A stretch of 64,000 bases of DNA from a candidate division TM6 bacterium GW2011_GWF2_28_16 (GTDB lineage Bacteria > Patescibacteriota > Microgenomatia > UBA1400 > PJMF01), in NCBI GenBank assembly GCA_001029715.1, contig CP011212.1, positions 617,715 through 681,714 on the forward strand, in the 5' to 3' direction. Position numbers and translations under genes: made by a program. The first letter of the stretch is position 1; each line of letters opens with the position of its first letter. Under the pieces are notes generated by a model. It was not told where the DNA came from, made no database searches, and saw nothing but the letters and a program-made list of their open reading frames with translations. Positions 1 through 7,895 of this stretch are shown in pieces.

Positions 1-1107
1 TACACTCCACTTGGTCTTAAAGTTTTACGCAACATTGAAAATATTGTGCGCAAAGAAATGGACGCCATTGGTGGTCAAGAAATTTTAATGCCGGCTTTAC
101 ATCCAAAAGCCAATTGGTTAACCACTGGCGGTTGGGATAATATCGATGTACTTTTCAAGCTCAAGAGTCGCACTGATAGAGATTACGCCCTTGGCCAAAG
201 TCATGAAGAAATCGTCACTCCACTAGCCAAAGAATTAATCAATTCTTATAAAGATTTGCCATTGGCTCTTTACCAAATCCAGTGGAAATATCGTGATGAA
301 TTGCGTTCAAAATCTGGGATTTTACGCGGTCGTGAATTTTTCATGAAAGACATGTATAGCTTCCATGAAAATCAAGCAGATTTCGAAAAATTCTATGAAA
401 AAGTCAAGGCAGCTTACCTAAAAATCTTTAAAGAAATGGGTTTAACTGCCAAGGTTACTGAAGCTTCAGGTGGCAGTTTTACTGAAAAAATTTCCTATGA
501 ATTTATGGTTTTAACAGATGCTGGTGAAGATGATATTTTTTACTGCGATAGCTGTGATTACTGTGTTAATCAAGAAATTGCCAAAGTCAAAGAAGGTGAT
601 GCTTGTCCAATTTGTGGAGCTCCCCTCAAAGCTGCTCGAGCCGCTGAAGTCGGCAATGTTTTTGATCTTGGTCAAAAATTTGCCAAAGATTTTGAGCTGA
701 CTTTTGCTAATAAAAATGGCGAGAAACAATATCCAATCATGGGCTGTTACGGCATTGGCATTAGTCGCACTATGGGTGTCATCGTCGAAAAATATCACGA
801 TGATAGGGGCATTATTTGGCCAAAAGCAGTTAGTCCTTTTGCTGCTCACGTCGTCGCTCTTAATGGAGCAGAAGAATATGCAATTAAAATCTATGAAACT
901 TTAAAAGAAAATGGGGTCAGCGCTCTTTTAGATGATCGCGCTCAATCTGCCGGTAATAAATTTGCTGCTGCTGATTTACTTGGCATTCCAGTTCGCTTGG
1001 TTATATCACCAAGAAATGAAAAATTAATTGAATGGAAAAAACGCGACCAAGAAGAAATTGAATTAATTGATTTAAATACTGTTTTGACCAAACTCAAAAC
1101 TTCTTAA
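1..1107 (+). CDS. proS: Prolyl-tRNA synthetase (class II), 5'-truncated at window edge. The frame is open from nt 1; the ORF-track start at 46 is an internal GTG.
   Basis: Class II aaRS motifs (…FFMKDMYSFH…, anticodon-binding C-terminus, GCYGIGISR). The reading frame continues upstream to position 1 without a stop. Confidence 0.85.
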   Translation, partial: YTPLGLKVLRNIENIVRKEMDAIGGQEILMPALHPKANWLTTGGWDNIDVLFKLKSRTDRDYALGQSHEEIVTPLAKELINSYKDLPLALYQIQWKYRDELRSKSGILRGREFFMKDMYSFHENQADFEKFYEKVKAAYLKIFKEMGLTAKVTEASGGSFTEKISYEFMVLTDAGEDDIFYCDSCDYCVNQEIAKVKEGDACPICGAPLKAARAAEVGNVFDLGQKFAKDFELTFANKNGEKQYPIMGCYGIGISRTMGVIVEKYHDDRGIIWPKAVSPFAAHVVALNGAEEYAIKIYETLKENGVSALLDDRAQSAGNKFAAADLLGIPVRLVISPRNEKLIEWKKRDQEEIELIDLNTVLTKLKTS

Positions 1108-1110
1108 AAA

Positions 1111-1449
1111 ATGACTAAAATCATTTTAAGTAAACACGCCTTGGAAAGAGCTCGTTCTAGAAAAATGGAGCTTTCTTTGATTGAAAAAGTTGTTGCGAAT
1201 CCAGATAAAAAATTTGATCTTGAAGAAAATAAATCCAAATTTCTAAAAACAATAGATGGCCGTCGTTATCAGGTGGTCGCTACTTACTTACAAAAAGAAA
1301 ATAAATGGCTAGTAATTTCTGTTTGGGTTAGAGGAGAAGAAGACCAGTTGCCTTTTATTTGGATTTTAATCACTTCGCCTTTCCGTTTACTATGGTGGCT
1401 CATCAAGATTATTTGGCAGATTCTTGCAAAAATTGCTGTAAAAAAGTAG
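1111..1449 (+). CDS. Small DUF4258-like protein with a hydrophobic C-terminal tail
   Basis: N-terminal half (SKHALERARSR…IDGRRYQVVATY…LVISVWVRGEE) resembles the DUF4258 family. The C-terminus is strongly hydrophobic. Confidence 0.4.
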   Translation: MTKIILSKHALERARSRKMELSLIEKVVANPDKKFDLEENKSKFLKTIDGRRYQVVATYLQKENKWLVISVWVRGEEDQLPFIWILITSPFRLLWWLIKIIWQILAKIAVKK

Positions 1450-1639
1450 ACCTATATAATAATATCTGATTAGCCAGATATTAAAATTATAGAGCCATTT
1501 ATCAATCTTTTTTTCTTCTATATTTTTCTGTAAACAAATATATATTACTAGATATATCCCGGTGAGGAGTCCTACTAAAACCAAGCAATCTAGCTGGTTT
1601 TGGTAGGCGTTTTGAGTCGTCTAATGTTAGAATAGATTC

Positions 1640-2524
1640 ATGAACTTAATTCCTCGAAAACTCATCGTTACCCATCATGCCCCAGACCTTGACGCAATTG
1701 CTTCCGTTTGGTTGCTGAAGCGCTTCGATGGCCAAAGATATGCAACCGCTAAAGTTGCTTTTGTTAATCCCGGCGATACTATTTCCTTAGAAGAAGCCGA
1801 AAAAGAATTTAATTGCCAACTTCATGAAATCACTCATGTCGATACTGGTCTTGGCGAGTTCGACCATCATCAAGCAGAAAAAGCTGGACTAGAAATTTGC
1901 GCTGCTACTTTGGTTTTTGATTATCTCAAACAAGTTAGACCAGAAATTGCCAATGATCTTGCTTTAATCGAGATCATTAAAGTTATTGTCGATGTTGATC
2001 ATTTTGGAGAAATCTATTGGCCAGAGGCTAAAGAAAGTCGTTTCGTTTTCACTTTGCACGAACTCATTCATGGTCATGAATCCATCGACTCCACTGATGA
2101 CGACTCTCAATTACATTTCGGCATGAAAGCTCTCGACTGTGTTTATGCCGAAATGACCAATCGCATTAAAGCTGAAGAAATTATCTCTACCAAAGGCATT
2201 GAATTTGAAATTGAAGAAGGCAAATGTTTAGCCATGGAAACTCAGAATGATGAAAGCATTAAATTAGCTCAAGTCAAAGGCTATATTATGGCCATTCGCA
2301 AAGACAGCGAATATGGCCACATTAGAATTAAAGTTCGCCCTGATGCAAAATTAAATTTAGATAAGCTTTATAAAGCTATTCAAGAAATTGATCAAAAAGC
2401 TACTTGGTTCTATCACGCCAGTGGCAAAATGTTGCTCAATGGCTCAATTAAGCATCGTAATCAAACCGCTAGCTCACTCAGTCTCAGTGGAATTATTCAT
2501 CTTGTACAAAAGTTATATAATTAA
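1640..2524 (+). CDS. DHH-family phosphoesterase (NrnA/RecJ-like fold)
   Basis: HHAPDLDAIAS and GEFDHHQ motifs typical of DHH phosphoesterases. Confidence 0.6.
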   Translation: MNLIPRKLIVTHHAPDLDAIASVWLLKRFDGQRYATAKVAFVNPGDTISLEEAEKEFNCQLHEITHVDTGLGEFDHHQAEKAGLEICAATLVFDYLKQVRPEIANDLALIEIIKVIVDVDHFGEIYWPEAKESRFVFTLHELIHGHESIDSTDDDSQLHFGMKALDCVYAEMTNRIKAEEIISTKGIEFEIEEGKCLAMETQNDESIKLAQVKGYIMAIRKDSEYGHIRIKVRPDAKLNLDKLYKAIQEIDQKATWFYHASGKMLLNGSIKHRNQTASSLSLSGIIHLVQKLYN

Positions 2525-2527
2525 AAT

Positions 2528-2878
2528 ATGGCAGAAACAATTTTTAGCAAAATTATTAAGAGAGAAATTCCTTCAACCATTCGTTTCGAAGATGAGGACT
2601 TCATTGTCATTAATGACATCTATCCAAAAGCCCCTGTCCACGTCTTAATTATTCCAAAAAAGGCTTATGAGAGTTTGGAAGCAGTTGATCTAAATGATGA
2701 CATTTTTTACGCTAAATTGCTTAAAAAAGCCCGTCAAGTCGCCAAAGAACTAGGTATCTCCGATAACTACAAAATTTTCATGAATATCGGTAAAGACGTT
2801 CAAGATATTCAACATCTCCATTTACATTTGATGGGCGGCTGGAAAAATAAAGAACAGAAGTCGCTTTTTAGCGAATAA
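2528..2878 (+). CDS. HIT-family (histidine triad) nucleotide hydrolase
   Basis: Histidine triad HLHLHLMGG near the C-terminus, ~115 aa, HIT-like N-terminus. Confidence 0.85.
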   Translation: MAETIFSKIIKREIPSTIRFEDEDFIVINDIYPKAPVHVLIIPKKAYESLEAVDLNDDIFYAKLLKKARQVAKELGISDNYKIFMNIGKDVQDIQHLHLHLMGGWKNKEQKSLFSE

Positions 2879-2880
2879 GA

Positions 2881-3534
2881 CTAATTGTTCTTAAAAATGT
2901 ATCCAACGCCTTTGATCGTTTTTATAAAATTTTTACCCAATTTTCGCCTCAAATGAGAAATAGTCATTTCGATGCTATTGCCAAATAAGACTTCCTCTTC
3001 TTGCCAAATTTTTTCTGCCAGGGTGGCTTTGCTTAAAACTTGTTGGCGATGTTTGAGAAATAGTTCTAAAAGTAAAAATTCTTTACGATTAAGCTTAATT
3101 TCTTTGTCATCCATATGAACCTGATGAGCAAAATGGTCTAATTTCAGATTAGCGTTTTTTAGTTTTCGCACTGGTTGCTTGGAATTTTTCTCTAAAAGAT
3201 TGGAGATTTTGGCTTCCAACTCAAGCATGTTAAAAGGCTTAAGTAAATAATCCTCGCCATTTTGTAAACAAGAAACTCTCTTTTTAATATCTAGTTCCGC
3301 CGTCAAAAATAAAATGGGTAAAGTTATTCTGTTTTCCTTCAAATAATCACAAAGCTCATAACTCTTGCCATCTGGAAGAGATAAGTCAGTCAACAAAAGA
3401 TCATAATTTTTAATATCAAGAAAATAGTGTGCTTGCTCTAAATTTTTAGCTAAATCAAAGACGTGAAATTTGCTCAAATGAGTTTTAATTAGGGTGGCTA
3501 AAGAAAGATTGTTTTCTACAAGTAGGATCCGCAC
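2881..3534 (-). CDS. OmpR/PhoB-family two-component response regulator
   Basis: N-terminal receiver domain (MRILLVENN…LLLTDLSLPDG…LTA) plus C-terminal winged-helix trans_reg_C (…KEFLLLELFLKHRQQVLSKATLAEKIW…GYIF). Confidence 0.85.
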   Translation of the reverse strand: MRILLVENNLSLATLIKTHLSKFHVFDLAKNLEQAHYFLDIKNYDLLLTDLSLPDGKSYELCDYLKENRITLPILFLTAELDIKKRVSCLQNGEDYLLKPFNMLELEAKISNLLEKNSKQPVRKLKNANLKLDHFAHQVHMDDKEIKLNRKEFLLLELFLKHRQQVLSKATLAEKIWQEEEVLFGNSIEMTISHLRRKLGKNFIKTIKGVGYIFKNN

Positions 3535-3624
3535 TCGAGTAGTTTAGCAAAAATTGAGCTTCCAATCAAGCCTTTTCTAAGCTATGCACAGCATCTTTCA
3601 TACCAGCTGCTTTTTGCAATGCAA

Positions 3625-3653
3625 TTGCAAAAAGACAGGGTCTGAAATATAAT
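3625..3653 (+). promoter_or_regulatory. Near-consensus sigma70 promoter (TTGCAA-17 nt-TATAAT) upstream of rpsU. The -35 hexamer is embedded in an 11-bp/3-nt/11-bp palindrome (3610-3634).
   Basis: ttgcaa at 3625-3630, 17-nt spacer, tataat at 3648-3653. CTTTTTGCAAT-gca-ATTGCAAAAAG is a perfect inverted repeat. Confidence 0.6.
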
Positions 3654-3698
3654 CAGCTTCTTAATAGTTAATCAAAATGGGAGGGGAGGTGATTCTTT

Positions 3699-3950
3699 CT
3701 GCCAATCGTTATTAGAGCTAAAAAAAACCAGTCGACTTCAGATCTTATTAGACAGTTTAAAAAAGCTGTGGCTGCTACTGGCTTAGTCCAGATAGTGAAA
3801 GATCGTAGATATTTCCAAAAACCTTCCAAGATTAAATCTTTGAAAACTGCTGAAAACAGCCGTTTAAGAAAAAGAGCCCATTCTCTTAGAAAAACTAAAA
3901 ATATTTCCGCCCTTACTATTTCTAAGATCAGAGCAAGACTCGGATCGTAG
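3699..3950 (+). CDS. rpsU: Ribosomal protein S21. The start codon is uncertain: no ATG is available, so a non-ATG start (CTG/ATT region) lies upstream of the GTG the ORF track used.
   Basis: …IRAKKNQSTSDLIRQFKKAVAATGLVQIVKDRRYFQKPSKIKSLK…RKRAHSLRK matches the S21 pattern (…RRFKR…RR.YEKPS..RKR). A GGGAGGGGAGG Shine-Dalgarno at 3678-3688. The in-frame stop upstream is at 3690-3692. Confidence 0.6.
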   Translation: MPIVIRAKKNQSTSDLIRQFKKAVAATGLVQIVKDRRYFQKPSKIKSLKTAENSRLRKRAHSLRKTKNISALTISKIRARLGS

Positions 3951-4013
3951 TTGACTGAGCTCCAGCGAAGGAATGTCCGGAGTGGAGACGGAGAACTAAG
4001 TTGAAATTAAAAT

Positions 4014-4044
4014 TTAAAACCCGCTTGAAAAAGCGGGTTTTTTG
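4014..4044. terminator. Bidirectional Rho-independent terminator between convergent rpsU and the 4151-4648 gene
   Basis: AAAACCCGCTTgaaaaAGCGGGTTTTTT: a GC stem flanked by an A-tract and a T-tract. Confidence 0.7.
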
Positions 4045-4150
4045 ACCGAGCTTTGCGACTGAGTTATACGAAGGAGTGTCTGAAGCGTGGGCGGAAGACG
4101 AGAGGGAATGTCTGGAGTGGAGACGGAGGACGAATCCCTTACGTTAAAAA

Positions 4151-4648
4151 CTATAGCTTCTTCGCCTTAATCTTAGCTCTAATGCTGAAATCCCATTGAT
4201 CACCATCGCTGGTGTCAAAACTCATTGAATTAGTCAAAGCGTGATAATTAACCAAGTGGCTACTTAAAGTCTCTTCTAATTCTTTCTTTTGTTGATTGAG
4301 TTCAGCCACATCGATTTTTAGAGAGGTCGACTGAGGATCATTTTGCAATTGAACTTTGCGTTCTTTCATTGCTTCGTTGTGTTTTTCAACTTCTTCTTTG
4401 GCTTCCATTAATTGGACATCATTGTCGAAAACACTTTTCAAACTTTGTCTCTTTTCCTTGAGTTCACCATCGATACGAGTCAGCTCGCGGGCGTGCTTTT
4501 CGATTAAATTACTTAGAGAAGTGAGGGTCTCAGCCAATTCATTGGACTTGCTAATTTCCTCATCTCCATCAGCCTCCTGACTCGCTTGACTAAGCGCGTC
4601 CAAAGCTAAATCGTCGCTACTAGTGATTTGTTTTTGATCGTCTGCCAT
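4151..4648 (-). CDS. Acidic coiled-coil hypothetical protein
   Basis: Long ORF with charged heptad-like composition (E/K/L/Q rich). No recognisable catalytic motifs. Confidence 0.5.
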   Translation of the reverse strand: MADDQKQITSSDDLALDALSQASQEADGDEEISKSNELAETLTSLSNLIEKHARELTRIDGELKEKRQSLKSVFDNDVQLMEAKEEVEKHNEAMKERKVQLQNDPQSTSLKIDVAELNQQKKELEETLSSHLVNYHALTNSMSFDTSDGDQWDFSIRAKIKAKKL

Positions 4649-4702
4649 ATAATCTTACCTTTCAGATGACAGGTTAGCAAAATTCTGCGATATAATAAAG
4701 AG

Positions 4703-5040
4703 GAAGAACGTGGCACTAGGACAATGGATCTTGGTTCGCCAAGATAGGAAAGTCCGGACAACCGAGTAGAGGGTGCCTGACGAAAGTCAGGGATTGTTTT
4801 GGTTAGAGCAGTAATGCTTACTGCCAAAATAAGCCAGTCTAGAGCAACAGAGACGAACCGAGTAGCGTCGGCTGAAACGACCAAGCTTTTGGGTATTTCA
4901 CGCAAGTGGAATGGCAATCCTCCCCGTTGCGAGCTACGACTTTGACCTAAATGGTACTACTCCTTATCATGGTCATAATGTGAGCGCATAGATAAATCAT
5001 TGTCGAGAAACAGAATCCGGCTTACTAAACCACGTTCTTC
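4703..5040 (+). ncRNA. rnpB: RNase P RNA (bacterial type)
   Basis: The conserved AGGAAAGTCCGGAC (P4 region) and ACAGAATCCGGCTTA 3' element are present. The P1 helix GAAGAACGTGG (4703-4713) pairs with CCACGTTCTTC (5030-5040). A TATAAT at 4691-4696 sits just upstream. Confidence 0.8.
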
Positions 5041-5043
5041 ACT

Positions 5044-6558
5044 TTAAAGAAAAAAATCCCTAAAATTAAAGGCCTCCAGCACATCTTCTTTTTGAATCGT
5101 TTTTTTCTCTGCCAAATCCGCAATCGTTCTGGCTACTTTGAAAAGTTTGAAATAACCACGAGTGGATAATTTTTGGTGACTAGCCATTAGATCAAGAATT
5201 TTCTTGGCTTCTGTGGAAATCTCACAAAAATGTAAGACTGCCTGTGAATCTAAATTTGAATTATTAAGAAAAGCTGTTTTAGCGTAGCGTTGACGCTGTA
5301 GGGCAACTGCTCTCTCAACTCTTTTTTTGATCTGCAAAGAACTTTCCGCTCTATTCTCAACCATTTCCTTAATTTCGATCGCCTCAATCCTCAACATTAA
5401 GTCAATACGATCAAGAATCGGACCAGAAAATCTACTGCGATAGCGTTGCAGATCATATTCGCTACAACGACATTTATGTTTGCTACCAGCAAAACCGCAG
5501 GGACAAGGATTGCTGGCAGCAACCAGAGTAAAATTAGCTGGATAAATACATCTCTGCTTGCCACGATTGATTTCAATCAAGCCAGTTTCCAAAGGTTGAC
5601 GTAACATTTCTATAAGTTGGTGTTTAAATTCGGCAAATTCATCTAAAAATAAAATTCCCCGATGCGCCAAACTAATTTCTCCTGGCGTCTGATAAAAACC
5701 GCCGCCAATTAAAGCGATTTGCGAAATGCTTTGATGAGGCGAACGAAAAGGGCGACTGCTAAGCAAAGAATTTTGTAGTAAACCACAGAGCGAATAGATA
5801 CGATTCACTTCTAGAAATTCCTCTTCGCTTAAATCTGGCAAAATCGATAGTAAAGCCTGAGCTAATAAACTTTTGCCAGAACCAGGCGAGCCAAACATCA
5901 GGAGATTGTGTCCGCCAGCCGCCACAATTTCCAAAGCTTTCTTTGCCTGCGCGTGACCAAAAATATGAGCAAAATCTATTTGCTTAGTTTGCAAGTTAAT
6001 CAGTTTTTGAGAAGGCATAGCTTTGCGCAGACTCAAGCACCCACGCGTAAAAGCCAAAAACTCCTGCAAAGAAACCAGCGGATAAAACTCTAAATTACTA
6101 ATTTTTGGCAACTCACCTACATTTTCACGAGGAAAATAGATCTTTTTAAAACCCATAGTTCGCGCCGCTAAAACAATGGAGACAAAACCTTTGATTTTTC
6201 GCAATCTTCCATCGAGAGCTAACTCACCCAGAAATAAAGAATCTTCGGTATTAAAAGTCACTTCGCCATATAATTTCAGCATCGCCACAGCGATAGCCAA
6301 CTCAACACTGCTAGATTTTTTATCCAAATCTGCTGGTGCTAGATTGACCACTGTTTTCTTCGGTCTAATCCTAATTCCACATTGCGAAAGGGCAGCCGTG
6401 ATGCGTTCTCTAGATTCATCGATCACCCGATTAGCCAAGCCAATAATAATAAAAGAAGGCTTGCCAAAAATAGTTTTAATCTCAACTTCAATCTTAATTG
6501 TCTCAAGACCTTTATTGACTGCACTAAAAATTCTGCCCGACATAAAAATGCTCCTCAA
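5044..6558 (-). CDS. comM: YifB/ComM-family Mg-chelatase-like AAA+ ATPase
   Basis: N-terminal Lon-like/ChlI domain and Walker A GSPGSGKS. The CPCG…C…C zinc motif and a C-terminal Mg-chelatase ChlI region are present. Confidence 0.85.
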   Translation of the reverse strand: MRSIFMSGRIFSAVNKGLETIKIEVEIKTIFGKPSFIIIGLANRVIDESRERITAALSQCGIRIRPKKTVVNLAPADLDKKSSSVELAIAVAMLKLYGEVTFNTEDSLFLGELALDGRLRKIKGFVSIVLAARTMGFKKIYFPRENVGELPKISNLEFYPLVSLQEFLAFTRGCLSLRKAMPSQKLINLQTKQIDFAHIFGHAQAKKALEIVAAGGHNLLMFGSPGSGKSLLAQALLSILPDLSEEEFLEVNRIYSLCGLLQNSLLSSRPFRSPHQSISQIALIGGGFYQTPGEISLAHRGILFLDEFAEFKHQLIEMLRQPLETGLIEINRGKQRCIYPANFTLVAASNPCPCGFAGSKHKCRCSEYDLQRYRSRFSGPILDRIDLMLRIEAIEIKEMVENRAESSLQIKKRVERAVALQRQRYAKTAFLNNSNLDSQAVLHFCEISTEAKKILDLMASHQKLSTRGYFKLFKVARTIADLAEKKTIQKEDVLEAFNFRDFFL

Positions 6559-6637
6559 ACAATATTTTAAAGAAGCAAGGCTACAAGAAGTGTAGGAAGG
6601 GTGAAATTACTGCGAAATCTGCTATCATATTAGAATA

Positions 6638-7894
6638 ATGCCAAGTGAACTTATCTATCGACTCAAGAGACCTTATCATTTCTTCAAAACTGGCCTAATC
6701 AAGGGACTACCGGCCCGCATCAAATATCTTTTCCCAGATAAGAAACTCAAGATTATCGCCATTACTGGCACTGACGGTAAGACCACTTCTTCAACTTTGC
6801 TTTATCATTTACTTCAAGAAAGCGGCAAAAAAGTCGCTTTAATTTCTACTGTTGGCGCCTATATCGGTGATCAAAAAATTGAGACTGGCTTTCACGTCAC
6901 TAGCCCTAGTCCAGATCAGCTTTTTGCTTTCATGAGAAAGATGCTCCAAGAAAAAACTGAATACTTGGTCTTAGAATTCACTTCTCAAGGAGCTTATCAG
7001 TATCGTCTTTTTGGTATCAAGCCTTTGATCGCTGGCATTACCAATGTCGATCAAGATCATTTTGACTATCATCTCAATTACCAAAACTATCTGGAGGCCA
7101 AAGCCAGTGTCATGCAAAAAGCCAAGACAGTCGTCCTCAATGAAGACGATCAGTCATATTATCGCCTCAAAAAGCTTTTCCCTAGCAGTCAATATAATGT
7201 CTTGGAATATAGCCAAGAACAAAAATTAAATGCCAAAATTGAGCGCGCTATCAAAGAACGTTTTCCAGAGGCTTTTAACCAAAATAATGCTCGTTTGGTA
7301 AGCACCATTGCTTTGGAAATTGGTTTAGACGAAAAAGAAATTAGCCAATCATTAATTAGCTTTCAAGGAGTACCAGGCAGAATGCAATTTATCGAGAACA
7401 CCAAAGGTATTAAAATCGTTGTGGATTTCGCCCACACTCCGCAAGGTTTGCGCAGCGCTTTAACTGCTCTTCGTTTCATCATGAAGAAGGACAAGGTGAA
7501 TGGCGAAGCCAGAGAAGGTGCCCTAGGGCACAAGTTGCCAGGCAGACTAGTCGCTGTTTATGGCTGCGCTGGTCTTCGTGATGCCATCAAAAGACCAATG
7601 ATGGGGGAGATCGGTGCAGAGTTAGCTGACTTACTAGTTTTTACCGCTGAAGATCCACGTACTGAGGATATTTGGTCAATCATTCGACAAATGAAAGAGT
7701 CTTTAACTACTGGCCACGATAAAATTTCCTCTATTCCAAATCGCCAAGATGCCATTGATTTCGCTATCCAAAAACTAGCCAAAAGAGGCGATCTTGTCGC
7801 TATTTTTGGCAAAGGCCCAGAGCAAAGTATGTGCTACGGCACAGAGGAAATCGCTTGGAGTGATGAGGCGGCAGTTAAAAAAGCACTTAAATAA
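6638..7894 (+). CDS. murE: Mur-ligase family enzyme, most likely UDP-MurNAc-tripeptide synthetase (MurE-type) lacking the N-terminal domain
   Basis: ITGTDGKTT P-loop of Mur ligases and a central plus C-terminal Mur ligase domain. It lies directly upstream of murC. Confidence 0.65.
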   Translation: MPSELIYRLKRPYHFFKTGLIKGLPARIKYLFPDKKLKIIAITGTDGKTTSSTLLYHLLQESGKKVALISTVGAYIGDQKIETGFHVTSPSPDQLFAFMRKMLQEKTEYLVLEFTSQGAYQYRLFGIKPLIAGITNVDQDHFDYHLNYQNYLEAKASVMQKAKTVVLNEDDQSYYRLKKLFPSSQYNVLEYSQEQKLNAKIERAIKERFPEAFNQNNARLVSTIALEIGLDEKEISQSLISFQGVPGRMQFIENTKGIKIVVDFAHTPQGLRSALTALRFIMKKDKVNGEAREGALGHKLPGRLVAVYGCAGLRDAIKRPMMGEIGAELADLLVFTAEDPRTEDIWSIIRQMKESLTTGHDKISSIPNRQDAIDFAIQKLAKRGDLVAIFGKGPEQSMCYGTEEIAWSDEAAVKKALK

Positions 7895-7895
7895 T

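Noticed and set aside
511-904. Small ORFs inside proS on both strands (511-849 minus, 518-700 plus, 704-904 plus)
   Set aside because: They are embedded in a well-supported aaRS coding region and are hydrophobic, low-complexity translations typical of alternative frames of AT-rich genes.
4606-4917. 103-aa minus-strand ORF
   Set aside because: Fully antisense to the RNase P RNA (conserved AGGAAAGTCCGG core). It has no coding signal.
7794-7895. Upstream 34-codon extension of murC from the ORF track
   Set aside because: The extension overlaps the murE 3' end by 100 nt in another frame. Conserved MurC sequence begins at the ATG at 7896, so the shorter start was chosen.
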